DNA of 64,000 nt from the NCBI RefSeq assembly GCF_009914755.1, contig NC_060946.1; one strand, 5' to 3'. The DNA is from the human T2T-CHM13v2.0 reference genome, Homo sapiens. The notes under the pieces were generated by a model. The model had not been told where the DNA came from, made no database searches, and was given only the letters and a program-made list of their open reading frames with translations. How positions within the stretch are numbered: position 1 is the first letter of the stretch; each line of letters begins with the position of its first letter. The position numbers and the translations under genes are program-made. Of the stretch, positions 1 through 29,049 are shown one piece after another.

Positions 1-79
1 GGATCCTTTTTGCTGCCCAGAACCTTTCCTCCTCCTTAGCGGCCACCTCTTCTAGGAAGCCCACCCTGACTATCCCAGG

Positions 80-1080
80 TCCGAGGAGCCGCCTTTGGGT
101 GCAGGGTCCTTGAAGTCAGCCCCGCGGGCGGGCAGGCGCGGGGGGCTGCCTTGGCGGTGACGGGGGCAGCGCCCCACTCGGCGTCTCTGCCGCGCTCGGG
201 GCCGCACAGCTACTTTTATTCCCACTTGAAAGCGACCGGGGCTCGGCGGAGCATTGCTCCCTGGAACACCGGCCACCGACCTCCGCCCTGGTAGAGCCGT
301 GGTGGGAGGCTTCGCGGCTGGGCGACCCCCTCCAGCGAAGTGAGAAATCAGGATCCCAGTGGCCCAAAACACTCCTTTTTTAAAACACTAAAATCCGAGT
401 TTTAATGTCAAATCTGATTTTTATATATCGGCAACCAAATTAAAACAGCCAGCACGGTGCTGGCCACCGGACCCATGCGGACCGCGGCGAAGGAACGGGT
501 CTCAGTCCCAGCCGCTCCGGCCCCTTTTGCATGACCAAGCCCCGTGCCTCAGTTTCCCCATTGGAAGCCGGCATCCGGCTGGGGGCCTGGCGCGGGCCCG
601 GGGATGGCCCCTCTCCTCGCTCGGGCTGGGTTGGGGCGAGGACACGGGCAGCCTCCCCGAGGGCCCCCGCCCGGGAGCGCCTTTCACTGGGCCCGGCCGA
701 GGCGGGCCGAGGTTTTGTGCAGAGTTAATGGAGCTTCAGCTAAAGGAGGAGGAGGCCGGAGCGCAGCCCCGGAGCTGTGGGAACCGCGGCCGCGGCCGCC
801 GGGGGAGGGGAGCGGCCTTTGTCTGCGCCGCGGCCGGGCGGGGCGGGAGTCGGGTTCCCATGGCGACCGGCCCCGCCCCTGCGCCTCCCCGTGGACTGGG
901 CGGCTCCGTTCTCGCCCCTAGGATGGGGGACATGGAGGTGGGGAGGTGTCAGGCTTCCCCCAGGCGTCCGCCCGCAATCCTCGCGGCCTCGCTGCAGGCC
1001 CCGGCCGCTCAGCAGGTCAGGCGGGCGTGTGGGGTGGGGGTGGGGGCGGGGGGCGGTGGAAACGGGCCCCTCTCATCACT
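80..1080. promoter_or_regulatory. CpG island, probably upstream/promoter region of MAPK11 (gene itself outside window, to the left)
   Basis: Very high GC and CpG density with GC boxes; MAPK11 assignment rests on known 22q13.33 gene order only. Confidence 0.6.
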
Positions 1081-2215
1081 GAGCTGACCTGCCCCGGGAA
1101 CCCCCTGCCTGCCCAGGCATTAGAGGTCCCGCCCATGTGCCTACTGGGGACAGTGTGGGGTCGTGGCACTGCAAGGGAGTGATCACTGAGGAGTTTCGGG
1201 TGGCGTCAGGGCCTGGAGGCCATCTTCCAGGAGAGGCACCTTCAGAGCTCGGCGGGGGCAAGGGAAGCCCCCCTGGAGGGAGCCGCCGGTGGAGGACAGT
1301 CCCAGGCCCAGAGGGGAAGCGGCAGGGGAGCCAGGAAGGGCCGGTGGCAGGGCAGGAGTGAGAAGCCCTGGGCCAGAGGCGCCTCTCCTACCCAGCTGAT
1401 TCGCTGTGGCCCCTGAATACAGCAGGCCACCCCTTCTCCGTGCTCATGCCCCCACCCCACCCCCGCTGGTCCTGGCCACCCCTCCTCACTGGAGCTGTCA
1501 CTGTGACAGCTCCTCTCTGGTCCTGCTGGTCCCTCCCAGCTGGCCTCTTCCTGCAGTCAGTGAACTTCCTAAAAGGCAAATCTGGCCTTGCTCACCGGGA
1601 GACCAGGCGATGGTGGTCGCGGAGCTGATTTAGCAGGGGACTTGTCCTGCCTGTAAGAAGCAAGCAGGATGTAGCCTTGGGCTGTTAAGCTACCCGCCAC
1701 CTCTCCTCCCACCACTCTGGGAGGAAAATGGGACTTGGAAAGCACCAGGAAGGACAGGCCACCCCTCGTCTGTCGCCAGCTGACCACTCCAGCCCACCGC
1801 ATGCACCCCAGCAGCTATGCCCAGCTTCTACCCGGTGCCTGCCCCCACCCAGATGCTGGACTGCTGGGCCTGCAGCCTCTCCCCAGCCCCAAGTTTCATG
1901 TGTGTGGGGTCTCACTGACCCTTCCCTTCTTTCCTGACTGCCCAGTGGGACAGGGAAGAGGTGGACTGCAGGGGTCTAGTACGGAAGCCAGGCCTCCAGG
2001 TTCCCAGCTCCCTACTTGAGACCTCCCGCTCAGCACTTAAGCCTTCGGTCCACCCCCTTGCTCTGATCTCCTGACCAGCCATGTCTCTGGGTAAGGGGGG
2101 AACCCAATGTCATTTCAGGGATCCTTGGAGCAGGGGATGTCAGTTGGCCTTGTACCCCTTTCTCTTGTGGGGGAGAGATGGCCACCCGTTTTTCATCGTG
2201 GCTTGAATGGAGCTG

Positions 2216-3224
2216 TGTGGGCGGCAAGCCACCCAGGCACCGAGGCAAGAGAGAGGACACGAGCTGTTGCAGTATAATAAAATATAAAACAAGAAGAGTT
2301 ATACCAGATATAGATCTTAGATATGATTATATATGAATATCATTAATCATTAGTTTGTAGCAATTACTTTTTATTCCAATATTATAATAATCCTTGCTCA
2401 ATAATCATAGCCTAGGAAAAACCAGGCCATACAGAGATAGGAGCTGAGGGGACATAGTGAGGTGTGACCAGAAGACAAGAGTGCGAGCCTTCTGTTATGC
2501 CCGGACAGGGCCACCAGAGGGTTCCTTGGTCTAGCGGTGACGCCAGCGTCTGGGAAGACGCCCGTTACCAGGCGGGCCGTGGTCCAGCCGTAGCAAAAGG
2601 TGTCAAGGAACAACACCCACTACTTAGCAGACCGGGAAAGAGGGGGGGGGTCTCCCTTTCCCCAGGGGAGTTTAGAGAAGACTCTGCTCCTCCACCTCTT
2701 GTGGAGGGCCTGACATCAGTCAGGCTTGCCCGCAGTTATCCAGAGGCCTAAACGTCTCCCTGTGATGCTGTGCTTCAGCGGTCACACTCCTAGTCCACTT
2801 TCATGTTCCATCCTGTACACCTGGCTCTGCCTTCTAGATAGCAGTAGTAAATTAGTGACAATACTAATAGTCCCTGATATGCAGAAATAATGGCGTAAGC
2901 TGTCTTTCTCTCTGTCTCCTCTCTCTCTCTGCCTCGGCTGCCAGGCAGGGAAGGGACTCCTGTCCAGTGGACACATGACCCACGTGACCTTACCTATCAT
3001 TGGAGATGACTCACATTCTTTACCCTGCCCCTTCTGCCTTGTATCCAATAAATAACAGCGCAGCCCGACATTCGGGGCCACTACCGGTCTCCATGCATTG
3101 GTAGTAGTGGTCTCCTGGGCCCAGCTGCCTTTTCTCTTATCTCTTTGTCTTCTGTCTTTATTTCTACACTCTCTCGTCGCCGCACACGGAGAGACCCACT
3201 GACCCTGTGGGGCTGGTCCCTACA
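2216..3224 (+). mobile_element. Full-length solo LTR13 (ERVK/HML-4-type LTR), 1009 bp
   Basis: Starts TGTGGGCGGCAAGCCACCCAGG, ends GGTCCCTACA; perfect 6-bp TSD GAGCTG at 2210-2215 and 3225-3230; AATAAA at 3047-3052; family recognised from memory of the consensus. Confidence 0.88.
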
Positions 3225-3612
3225 GAGCTGCCCCAGTCCAAAGGGGACTCGATCAATGGAGGCCTTGCCCATCAAGAGACCCCAGCCATGACGTGCCCAG
3301 GTGGGGAGACAGGCTGGGGCTGCCTGAGAATGGATCCTCGTGAGTGGGTTAGCAGTCCAGACCAGCAGAACCTCAGGATGTGTGCCTGGATCCAGCCACA
3401 TTTGAAGCTGGGCCTTCACTTTGTGTCTGGAGCACCGAATGCCCTCTGCCTGGGCTGTCTGTATTCTTGGCACACAGGGGAGGCTCTGAGCCCTGCCCGT
3501 CCTGGTTGCTGCTGTTCCTAGCGCTCAGGACAGTGCATGCGTGGTGTGCAGCGGGCATTTGGTAAGAATGTGTTGCACGAAAGAAGCCACCAGATGGCAC
3601 CAGAAGCAGTCC

Positions 3613-3905
3613 CACCTCCCACCCCCCCCACCTCCCCTCAGCACCTCTCCCAGCCCCCTCCACCTCCCCCCAGCACCCCTCCCAGCCCCCTCCACCTCCC
3701 CCAGTACCCCTCCCAGCCCCTTCCACCTCCCCCAGCACCCCTCCCAGCCCCCTCCACTTCCCCCCAGCACCCCTCCCAGCCCCCTCCACCTCCCCCCAGC
3801 ACCCCTCCCAGCCCCCTCCACCTCCCCCAGTACCCCTCCCAGCCCCTTCCACCTCCCCCAGCACCCCTCCCAGCCCCCTCCACCTCCCCACAGCTCCCCT
3901 CCCAG
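3613..3905. repeat. C-rich VNTR, ~32-33 bp unit (CCCCTCCACCTCCCCCCAGCACCCCTCCCAG), ~8-9 copies
   Basis: Directly visible tandem units just downstream of the PLXNB2 3' end. Confidence 0.9.
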
Positions 3906-3984
3906 CAGGACCCACAGAGCCCAGGGAAGGGGTGGTGGACAGGGGCACTGCAGCCCCAGGAGGAACACTCAGCCAACCCGCAGA

Positions 3985-4705
3985 GTGAAAAAGACGCTGT
4001 ATTTGATTTACAATGAACAAGATTTACAAAAAGGGGTGGGGTGGTCTTGGAACTGCTCCCAGTCCCCCCGGACTGGGTGGGGCTCTAGGGCAGCCTGTCT
4101 GACAGACCAGGACCCCAGGATGTCTGGGCCCCGACGTAGGACTTGACCTACGTCTCACTTGACCTTTGACGTGGGGCCCAGCAGCCGTGAGTCCACCCAG
4201 AGTGCCGGCACCCTTGGGGAGGCCGGTGAGGTCAGGAAGGCATCGTACCGCTTTTTCTCCTCCTCCCATCTCGTGGTGGACAGACAGACATAGGATCTGG
4301 GAACTTGCCCTGGGGGCCACAGGCCCTCAGATCCCCCAGGGGCCCAACCTAGGGCATGGAGGCGGCTGCTGGTGCGTGGGCGGAGGCGGAGGCCAGCTGC
4401 CCCCAGCGTGGCAGCGTAAGGCACATTTTCAAATCACTCGAGACTCGACAGTGAACACCCGATGCTGGTTCTGCGGCCGGAGGGAGCTGGGGCTGGGGCT
4501 GGTGCTGGTGCGGTGCCCGGCGGTATTGCTCAGAGGAAGATGCTACAGTCTAGACGCTGGGCGGGTTCCGGCTGCACCCACTCCGGCTTGGGGCGCGTTC
4601 CAGGGGAGGGTGGGGGCCTCAGCCACAGCCACTCGGCCTCCTCCCCTGAGGGGCTCTCAGGTACCTCAGGTACCTATGTCCCAAGGCAGCACTGGAGATT
4701 GTAGG
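3985..4705 (-). other. PLXNB2: PLXNB2 3'UTR (3' end approximate)
   Basis: Follows the TGA at 4706-4708; contains several miRNA seed matches. Confidence 0.75.
3998..4003 (-). terminator. Probable non-canonical poly(A) signal of PLXNB2 (AATACA)
   Basis: No AATAAA/ATTAAA seen on the minus strand between the stop codon and the VNTR; AATACA is preceded by two UGUA motifs (4005-4013, 4021-4029). Confidence 0.55.
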
Positions 4706-20339
<15,634 letters not shown>

Positions 20340-21449
20340 TGCCCCCCGCACCCTGTGGGAAGAGAGAAGGGTCAGGGGAGCCCCGACCCAGAGGACCCCC
20401 GATCAAATCCCTCTCCAGTCCCTGCCCCAAACGTCAGAACATGGGAGAGAGGGTCACGCCACTCCACGAACTGAGGAACCTGGAGCTCCGCCCCTTCCTG
20501 CTTCACACCCCCGCCATCCTCGAGGTCTCGCCGGAGACCACTTCTCAGCCCTCCTCAAGTCCACCCTGACTGACCACTGGGGCCAAGGCACTGCCATCGC
20601 CTGCTACAGGATCCCTCCCGGAGGTGCTGAAAACACCGGCAGGCCTATCCCCGAGGCAAGGAGTTGACGCCCCCAGAAAGGCTCTCAAGTGCTCACATTC
20701 ATGCCCCCTGACCTGTGACCCCAAGGAGCTCCAGGTGGTCGGGACGCACCGGCCCCAGCGCACAGGCTCAGGCTGACAGACAGACCCCTGGACGTTGGAA
20801 CAGGTGGCTCACCCATGGGGCAGAGGTGAAGGACACGGGAAACCAGAGGCTCAGGTGAGAGCGAGGGGTGCCCTGTGCATAGCCCAGCAAGTGCACATGC
20901 TGTTTACAACTGCCCGCCAGAGCCCCCAGGCGGCCTGAGCCTCCCTGACCACCTCCAGGCCCCCTGCCCTGGTGAAACAGTGGAAGCCAGCAATCACCCA
21001 CAGCTCCTCGCTCGGCCCATGTCACGCCCAGGGCACAGCCTCTGATGTGCGCACAGCGGAGGCAACAAGGGGACCTGGGGAGCCATGAGCAACTCCAAAT
21101 CCACCAGGTCTCAGAGGCAGAGGCCCCCACATCTGCAGCCTGGACAGGCTGTGTCCACATGCGTGTGTGTAACTGAGCACGTCTCGGTGTGGGGTCTGTG
21201 CCTGGGTCCGGGTGGATGAGGGGGATGTGTGGTGTGATGGGTGAGCTGCTGAGGACCAGGCTGAGCTGAGGGTCTCCCAATAGGAGGAAGATCCAAGGCC
21301 CCACAGGTGGACCCAGGACATGCGTGGTCCTCTCTCTTTCCCTCCCTACCAGACTCAACTGCATCTTGGGGGCTCAGACACAAGTGGCAGAGACAGGGCC
21401 CTTCTGCCTCTGAGCTCTTCCTCAGGGTGGTCCGTCCCTCTCACGCTAG

Positions 21450-22118
<669 letters not shown>

Positions 22119-24480
22119 TTAAGTGTACAAAGAACAAGCCACAAAATGCAAATGTTTCCACATCCCTGTGTCTCTGACGGCCAGGCTGACCACGACAGCC
22201 TGTGACCCATTTCTCAGGTGAAGAAACTGAGGCACGGAGCAGAATTTACCCAAGGCCACACCGCGGGCATGGGTGGGGCTGGGATTCTGACATGCAGTGG
22301 GAGCAGCTTGGCCTCTGACCACTGTGTTTCTCCACCCTTTTGACAACCCCCCAAACCCCCTGGCCTCTGTCCTCCCAGGAGGGCAGGGGAGCCCGCTCTG
22401 CTGCTCCGTAGCCAGGGGAAGTGTTTCTCCCGAGCCTCGGCTTTGGGTGAAGCTGCATTTACTGGCACAGCCGCCCTCCACCTGCCCGTGGCAACCCCCC
22501 GTTCTGATTGCCCGCACGCTTCCTGAAATCTCTTGAGGTGTAACCAAGACGCAACCGACCGACAACATCTGAGCCACCCCAGGGCCCGCATGAGTGAGAC
22601 AGCGCTGCACTGGCCTTCCTGCTCCCTGGGAGTGCACCCATTAGACAGGCAGCTCCTGCCCGGCACAGAACTCCCTCCCTGCACTGGGGGTTCAGTGCTC
22701 AGCTGCTGCCCAACCCCTGGAGCCCCCCAGGTGCCCACGAGCACAGCAGCCGCTGGGAGAGGTGACCACCCACAGGCTAGGGAGTTCCTGGCCGACTGGT
22801 GGCAGAGAGGCTGGGTAGGGCCATGGGACCCCAGGCTTCACCAGGATAGGGGTGATCAGCCAGGAAAAGATGCTGGCTTTAGTGAGAGACAGGAAGATTC
22901 TACAAGCCCACGGGAACCTCTGGGCATGATCCTGGTGGAGGGGGTTCTATGCCCAGCTCAGCCAGGGTCCCCCGCTGTGGCTCAGTGGCCTGTCCAGGGG
23001 AGAGGAGAGGAGGGCACAGGAGTCCCAGGCCTCCAGGAGAGGCCCGTAGGCTACAGCCACAGCCCATGGCCCTACCAGGGAGGAGCAGCGCCTGCCCGAA
23101 GGCTCCCCAACCCCCGCCGCGCCCCTCCCCTACCCACAGCCACCCGGGGGCAGGTCCCGCAGGCCCCCGCCTTCTAAGTGCACCCAGTGGCGCCAGCGGG
23201 GGCAGGCAACGTCCAGGCCCCTCGGCCCTGCGCCCAGGCCTGCTGCCCTCCCCTCCCAGCCCCGCTCACCCGGCCCAGCTCGCTCACCCGGCCCAGCTCG
23301 GTGGCAGTGGCAGAGGCAGCCTCAGCCAGGCGCAGCTCCCGGGAATGAATGGAATGCGCCCGCAGCTGGGAGGGGAATGCGGGGGCAGCGCGGGGGCGGG
23401 GCCCACGGTCCCCTCGGATCTGGCCCGGACCGTGGTGGGGCAGCCTGGGGAACCCTGCGGCGCCCCTAGCCCCAGGAAAAGCAATGGCTCTGGGCCCCCA
23501 CAAGCCACCCCTCAGCCGTCCCCCAGCTTCCACCCAGGGAAGACACTCACCCACCCGCCAGGGCTGTAGGGGCCCCGGTACAGGAAGAAGGCTCTCCTGT
23601 CCCTGCCGGGGGCTGGCACACCCTAAGTGCTCAATAAACACCACCGTGTGCCACCAGGGAAAGCCTGACTCCCAGGGTCCTACAGGCCCAGGCTTTTCAG
23701 GGTGGCAGGCGCGGCTGGGGTGACACCCTACAGGTGGCAGCTGCCTTCTGGTTCCTGGACAAACAAGGCCTCAGGTGACCTGCCTGCCCAGGCCCAGGAG
23801 CAAAGGGCAACCCACCGGACCAGCAGCAAAGCTCCGGCGGCGCAGGAGGCGCCAGGCACAGCCAGCTACGCTTCCTGCTGCCTGTGTTCCTGGAACAGGA
23901 GGGAGGGCGGGCAGCAGGCACTTCCTGTTTTGAAGCCCTCCTGGGACCCCCACTTACGGGGCTGGCGGGGATTTCCTCGGGCCCTCTGGTGCCTTCCTCC
24001 TGGCTGAAGCTCGGAGGGGCACTTTCAAGAGGCCACAGCAACTCCGGCTGCTGCTGGGCAGGGAAGCTCCCCACTTCCATCCAGACCAGGCCACAGCAAC
24101 TCCAGCTGCTGCTGCCCACAAAGCGTCTGCACAGGCACCCCCCCACCACACCCCCAACGCTCCAATTCCCAGCCCTGATGTCCCAGAACCCGGTGCCACA
24201 GTCTCACTGCAGACCACTCCACCTGAGCAAAAGCTTGGCCTGAGCAACAGCTTGGCCTCAGAGAACCATGGGAGCCTCACAGCGGCTCCATGGGCAGGGA
24301 AGCTCCCCACTTCCATCCAGGCCAGGCCATGGGAAGGGTGGCAGAGTGACAGGTACGGTTGAAACCTGGCTGGACAGAGCCTTGCAGACACCACATGGCA
24401 GTTCTAGATACCTCCGGCCTCCCTGTCCACATAGCCCCAGCCACCCACTGCCTTTCCCAGGTGGGGTACAGACCCCTCAC

Positions 24481-24533
24481 CGAGGCTCCAGTGGTCCAGC
24501 TCAGTTTCTGCTCCAGGCCAGCATCGAGATTCT
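24481..24533 (-). other. PLXNB2: Candidate PLXNB2 non-coding 5'UTR exon 2 (donor position could differ by a few nt)
   Basis: Pyrimidine tract + ctag acceptor and TCG|GTGAGG donor. Confidence 0.6.
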
Positions 24534-24793
24534 CTAGGAGGCAAAGGAGAGACGCCGGTCACAAGAGGAGCCCGGTCTGCTGTGGAGCCCCCCACCTCTG
24601 TCCCATGCTGGTGGGGCTTGGGGGAAGAAACATCCCACAGGACCCCATCTGGCCTTTGGCTTCCCTCTGGCCCCTGCACAGCCCCTTCCTCAGACACCTC
24701 CAGGGCTCCTGGCACTCCCCTCTGTCAGGGGCTTTCTGCCTGTTTAAACTAGGTATGGCTATTACTTTGCTTAAAATAAAAGTTGCTTTCTGA

Positions 24794-25082
<289 letters not shown>

Positions 25083-25109
25083 GTTGCTTTCTGAAAAATA
25101 CGCACACCC

Positions 25110-25310
25110 ATGACCCTGAAATTTCACTTACTAGCTGTGTGACGTTGGGCAAGTTACTTAACTTCTCTGTGCCTCATTCTCCATCTGTGGAATGGAGACA
25201 GAATGGTGAGCTACCCCCAGAGGTTTACAAGGACTAAATGAATTCATTCACAAAAAGCCTCAGAGTGTTACACTGTAGCATTCAGCAATGCTTGCTATTG
25301 TATCTTCCCT
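25110..25310 (+). mobile_element. MIR fragment
   Basis: MIR core TAGCTGTGTGAC..GGGCAAGTTACTTAAC..TCTGTGCCTC. Confidence 0.75.
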
Positions 25311-25576
25311 TGCTATTGTATCTTCTAGTTCTGGATAAACACCGACTATACCCACAGGGAGGCACAGACCCAGGGTGCTTCTCCGCATGGTTGGCTTTAG
25401 TGAAAATTTGGCAGCCACCCAGCATCCCACCAGAGGATACTGTGGAAGACTACATGGTAGATGCAGGTGCGTCTGTGCTGATTCTGATGGGGAAGCCTGG
25501 GTGCAGTATTTGGCCCCATCCATCTCTGAGAGGCTCCAGAAGCCGTCAAACCAAAATCAAAATAGTGGCCGGCTAA

Positions 25577-26398
<822 letters not shown>

Positions 26399-27469
26399 AG
26401 GTAGGCTCCACTCTGCCTCAAGATGTGACTCTCCAGGCCCTCAATAGCCACCCCTACAACCAAGGTTCAGCTACTGAATCCTGCTCAGGCCCCAGAGTCC
26501 ACTGCAGCCTGGCCAGGTTGTGTGCCAGCAAAGCACCTCCTCCCGCAGGGCCAGGCCCCACTCTCCTCCCACCCCACCGGGATCCTCATGTGCCCTGTGC
26601 AGCGGGACCCGGGGTTGGACATGCAGTGACACCAGCAGGGGGGCGGCGGGAAGGGAGGTGAGCTCCACAGCTGTGCATGGACTGTGCTACCCTGCTGCAC
26701 AGGTAAGGGTTAACCCGGCCAAAGGGCTGGGGAGAGGATGAGGTTTCGGGGGGCAGAGGGCATCCTTTCGACCTGAGACTCAACAGCACCTTTGTGAAAA
26801 GGGCAAAAGGCTGCTCCTCTGGCAAACTCAGGAGCCAAAGCACAGGGCAGCACCGGGTCTCCTGAGAAAGCTGGGACCCGCGGGGACTGGAGACTGCAGC
26901 TCCCGACGGAGGTGGCAGCCATGGCGGTGGCACGGTACCCCCAGACCTGCCATCTTGAAGGGACGCCACACCGGCCTGTGTGCCCCATGCCCACTCCCTG
27001 CAGCACACCCCCAGGCTCCAGCCTCCACGGGCCCAGGCCCCAGGCGTGGGCGGGGGCAGCCAAGGTCAGGGGAGGCTGGCTTCTGTCCCGCCCATCCCGC
27101 ACGCCCTCGAACAACCTCCCCTGAGTGATCGATCCACTCAGGAAGCCAGAGGCAAGACCCATACTCCACTCTCCTGGAGGAGGCTTTCTGCCGTCCTCTT
27201 CCCTGGCCCTCACCGTGGAGAACGGCCATGGATTTCCCCTCCCAGAGAATAACACCATGATCCCTCCACCCTCAGTCTGGGGCCCTTCCTGGCCCAAGTC
27301 TACCTCCTCTGCCCGGCCTCTGGCTTCTCCCACCTCCATCCATCTTGCCCTCAACACTGAGCCAGGCTCCATCTCCTGCTCACAAGATTCCCGCTTAGCT
27401 ACCCCAGAAAAAGGAGTTTCTTCCTTAGGTGGCTGTGGTCACACCTGACGCTGCTGCACCCAGGGACCT

Positions 27470-27660
27470 CGAGGCCTGAAGTCCAGAGCCAGACCAGTGA
27501 GTTCACACCCCAGCTCTGTCACGTTCTAGCTGGCTCATGTGGGCCATTCAGAAAGCTGCTCTGTGCCTCAGTTTCCCCATATGTAACCTGGGGGTCATTA
27601 TGGCGCCCACCTCAGAGGGCTGCCTTGAGGTTGAGTGGGTGTGGAAATCTTTACAGCTGT
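27470..27660 (+). mobile_element. MIR fragment
   Basis: CTCTGTGCCTCAGTTTCCCCAT.TGTAA core. Confidence 0.6.
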
Positions 27661-28407
27661 GCCCACTCAGAGAACGCTGCCTCACGACATTCCCACGTCC
27701 ATGTTCACTGTGCTCCCTGGAAAGCCCCTGCCCATCCTTTAGACCCCGAGACACCCTCCCTAACCCAGCCCCTGAGGGACTGGCCTTGCTCTGTGGTCTA
27801 TGGTCTTCCCCGACAGGCCCCGGCTGCCCCGCCGCCCTGCCCCAACAAGTCCAAACACTGGATCTGGTCACTGGGCACCTGCCGGTCCAAACTCAGTGAG
27901 CCGGGAAGGGGTGGTGACATGCAGGGGCGCGAGCCCAGAAGACCTGTCCCCGCAGGTCACCCCCAGGCCAACAGAGCAGAAGGGTCTCCTCCCCCAACCA
28001 GAACTCCGATGTAGGCCAAGGGCAGCACAGGGATGCTGGGCCTCCCCTCTACAACCTAGACAGCCTGGGAGGCAGCAGGAGCTGCTTGCTGGCTGGGCAC
28101 CTGTGGCCCTCTCCTGAGGTCCCTTTTGTTTTTTTTTTCTGACCAGCAGCCCCCAGGCCCCTTGCACGGGCTGAGTCTGGCCCCCGCCCCTCCCACTGGG
28201 TAAAGGTAAACAAGAGGCATGTAAGGGGGAAGGACAGAGCCCTACTCCAGATGAGGCCAAGAGTGGGGGCTGCCAGGCCCCCAAACTCCTGCCAGCCTTG
28301 GTTCTGAGACCGCCCCAAGTCTTGGCTGCACTGCGGGGTGGTTCCAGTGGGGACTAAAATTGGGAGTTCTCTGCCTTTCAGTATTTTCAAGCAAACAGAC
28401 TGGGCCA

Positions 28408-28705
28408 TTCTTTTCTTTTTTCTGAGACAGGTCTCACTCTGTCACCCAGGCTGGAGTGTAGGGGCATGATCTTGGCTCACTGCAACCCCTGCCTCCCAGG
28501 TTGAAGCAATTATCCTGCCTCAGCCTCTCCAGTAGCTGGGACTACAGGTGCACGCCACTATGCCCAGCTAATTTTCTGTATTTCAGTAGAGATGGGGCTT
28601 CACCGTGTTGCCCAGACCGGTTTCGAACTCCTGAGCTCAGGCAATCCACCCGCCTTGGCCTCCCAAAGTGCTGGAATTACAGGCGTGAGCCACCACACCC
28701 AGCCA
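28408..28705 (-). mobile_element. Alu element
   Basis: Reverse-complement Alu with T-tract. Confidence 0.9.
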
Positions 28706-29049
28706 GACTGACCATTCTTAATGCTAAAATCAAACCAGCACAAAGCAGTCAGGCCCAGTGGGAGGGCAGGCCCAGCTTGGGGGCTGCTCTTGGCCAGGCC
28801 AGGCTGTGGGCTCTGGCACGGGAACCAGAGAGGGCAGGGGCCAGAGGAGGTGCATGGGCAGCGGCCCGGCAGGGGCCAAGATGGGGATCCAGGCAGCAGC
28901 CGCCATGAAGAACGAGGAGAGCTCGGGCCTAGGCCTGGGAGGGCAGGAGGGGGTGGCATGAGCACCTAGGACATGGGCGGTGGAGAAGGCAGAGGTCCTA
29001 GGGCTGTGCGGCCCTCCAGGGCTCAAAGGATTGGGGTGGACACAGGCCC

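Noticed and set aside
1-1080. MAPK11 coding exon
   Set aside because: No kinase-like translation in any frame; only upstream CpG-island sequence is present
3373-4146. Pro-rich/Gly-rich ORFs
   Set aside because: Translation of the C-rich VNTR
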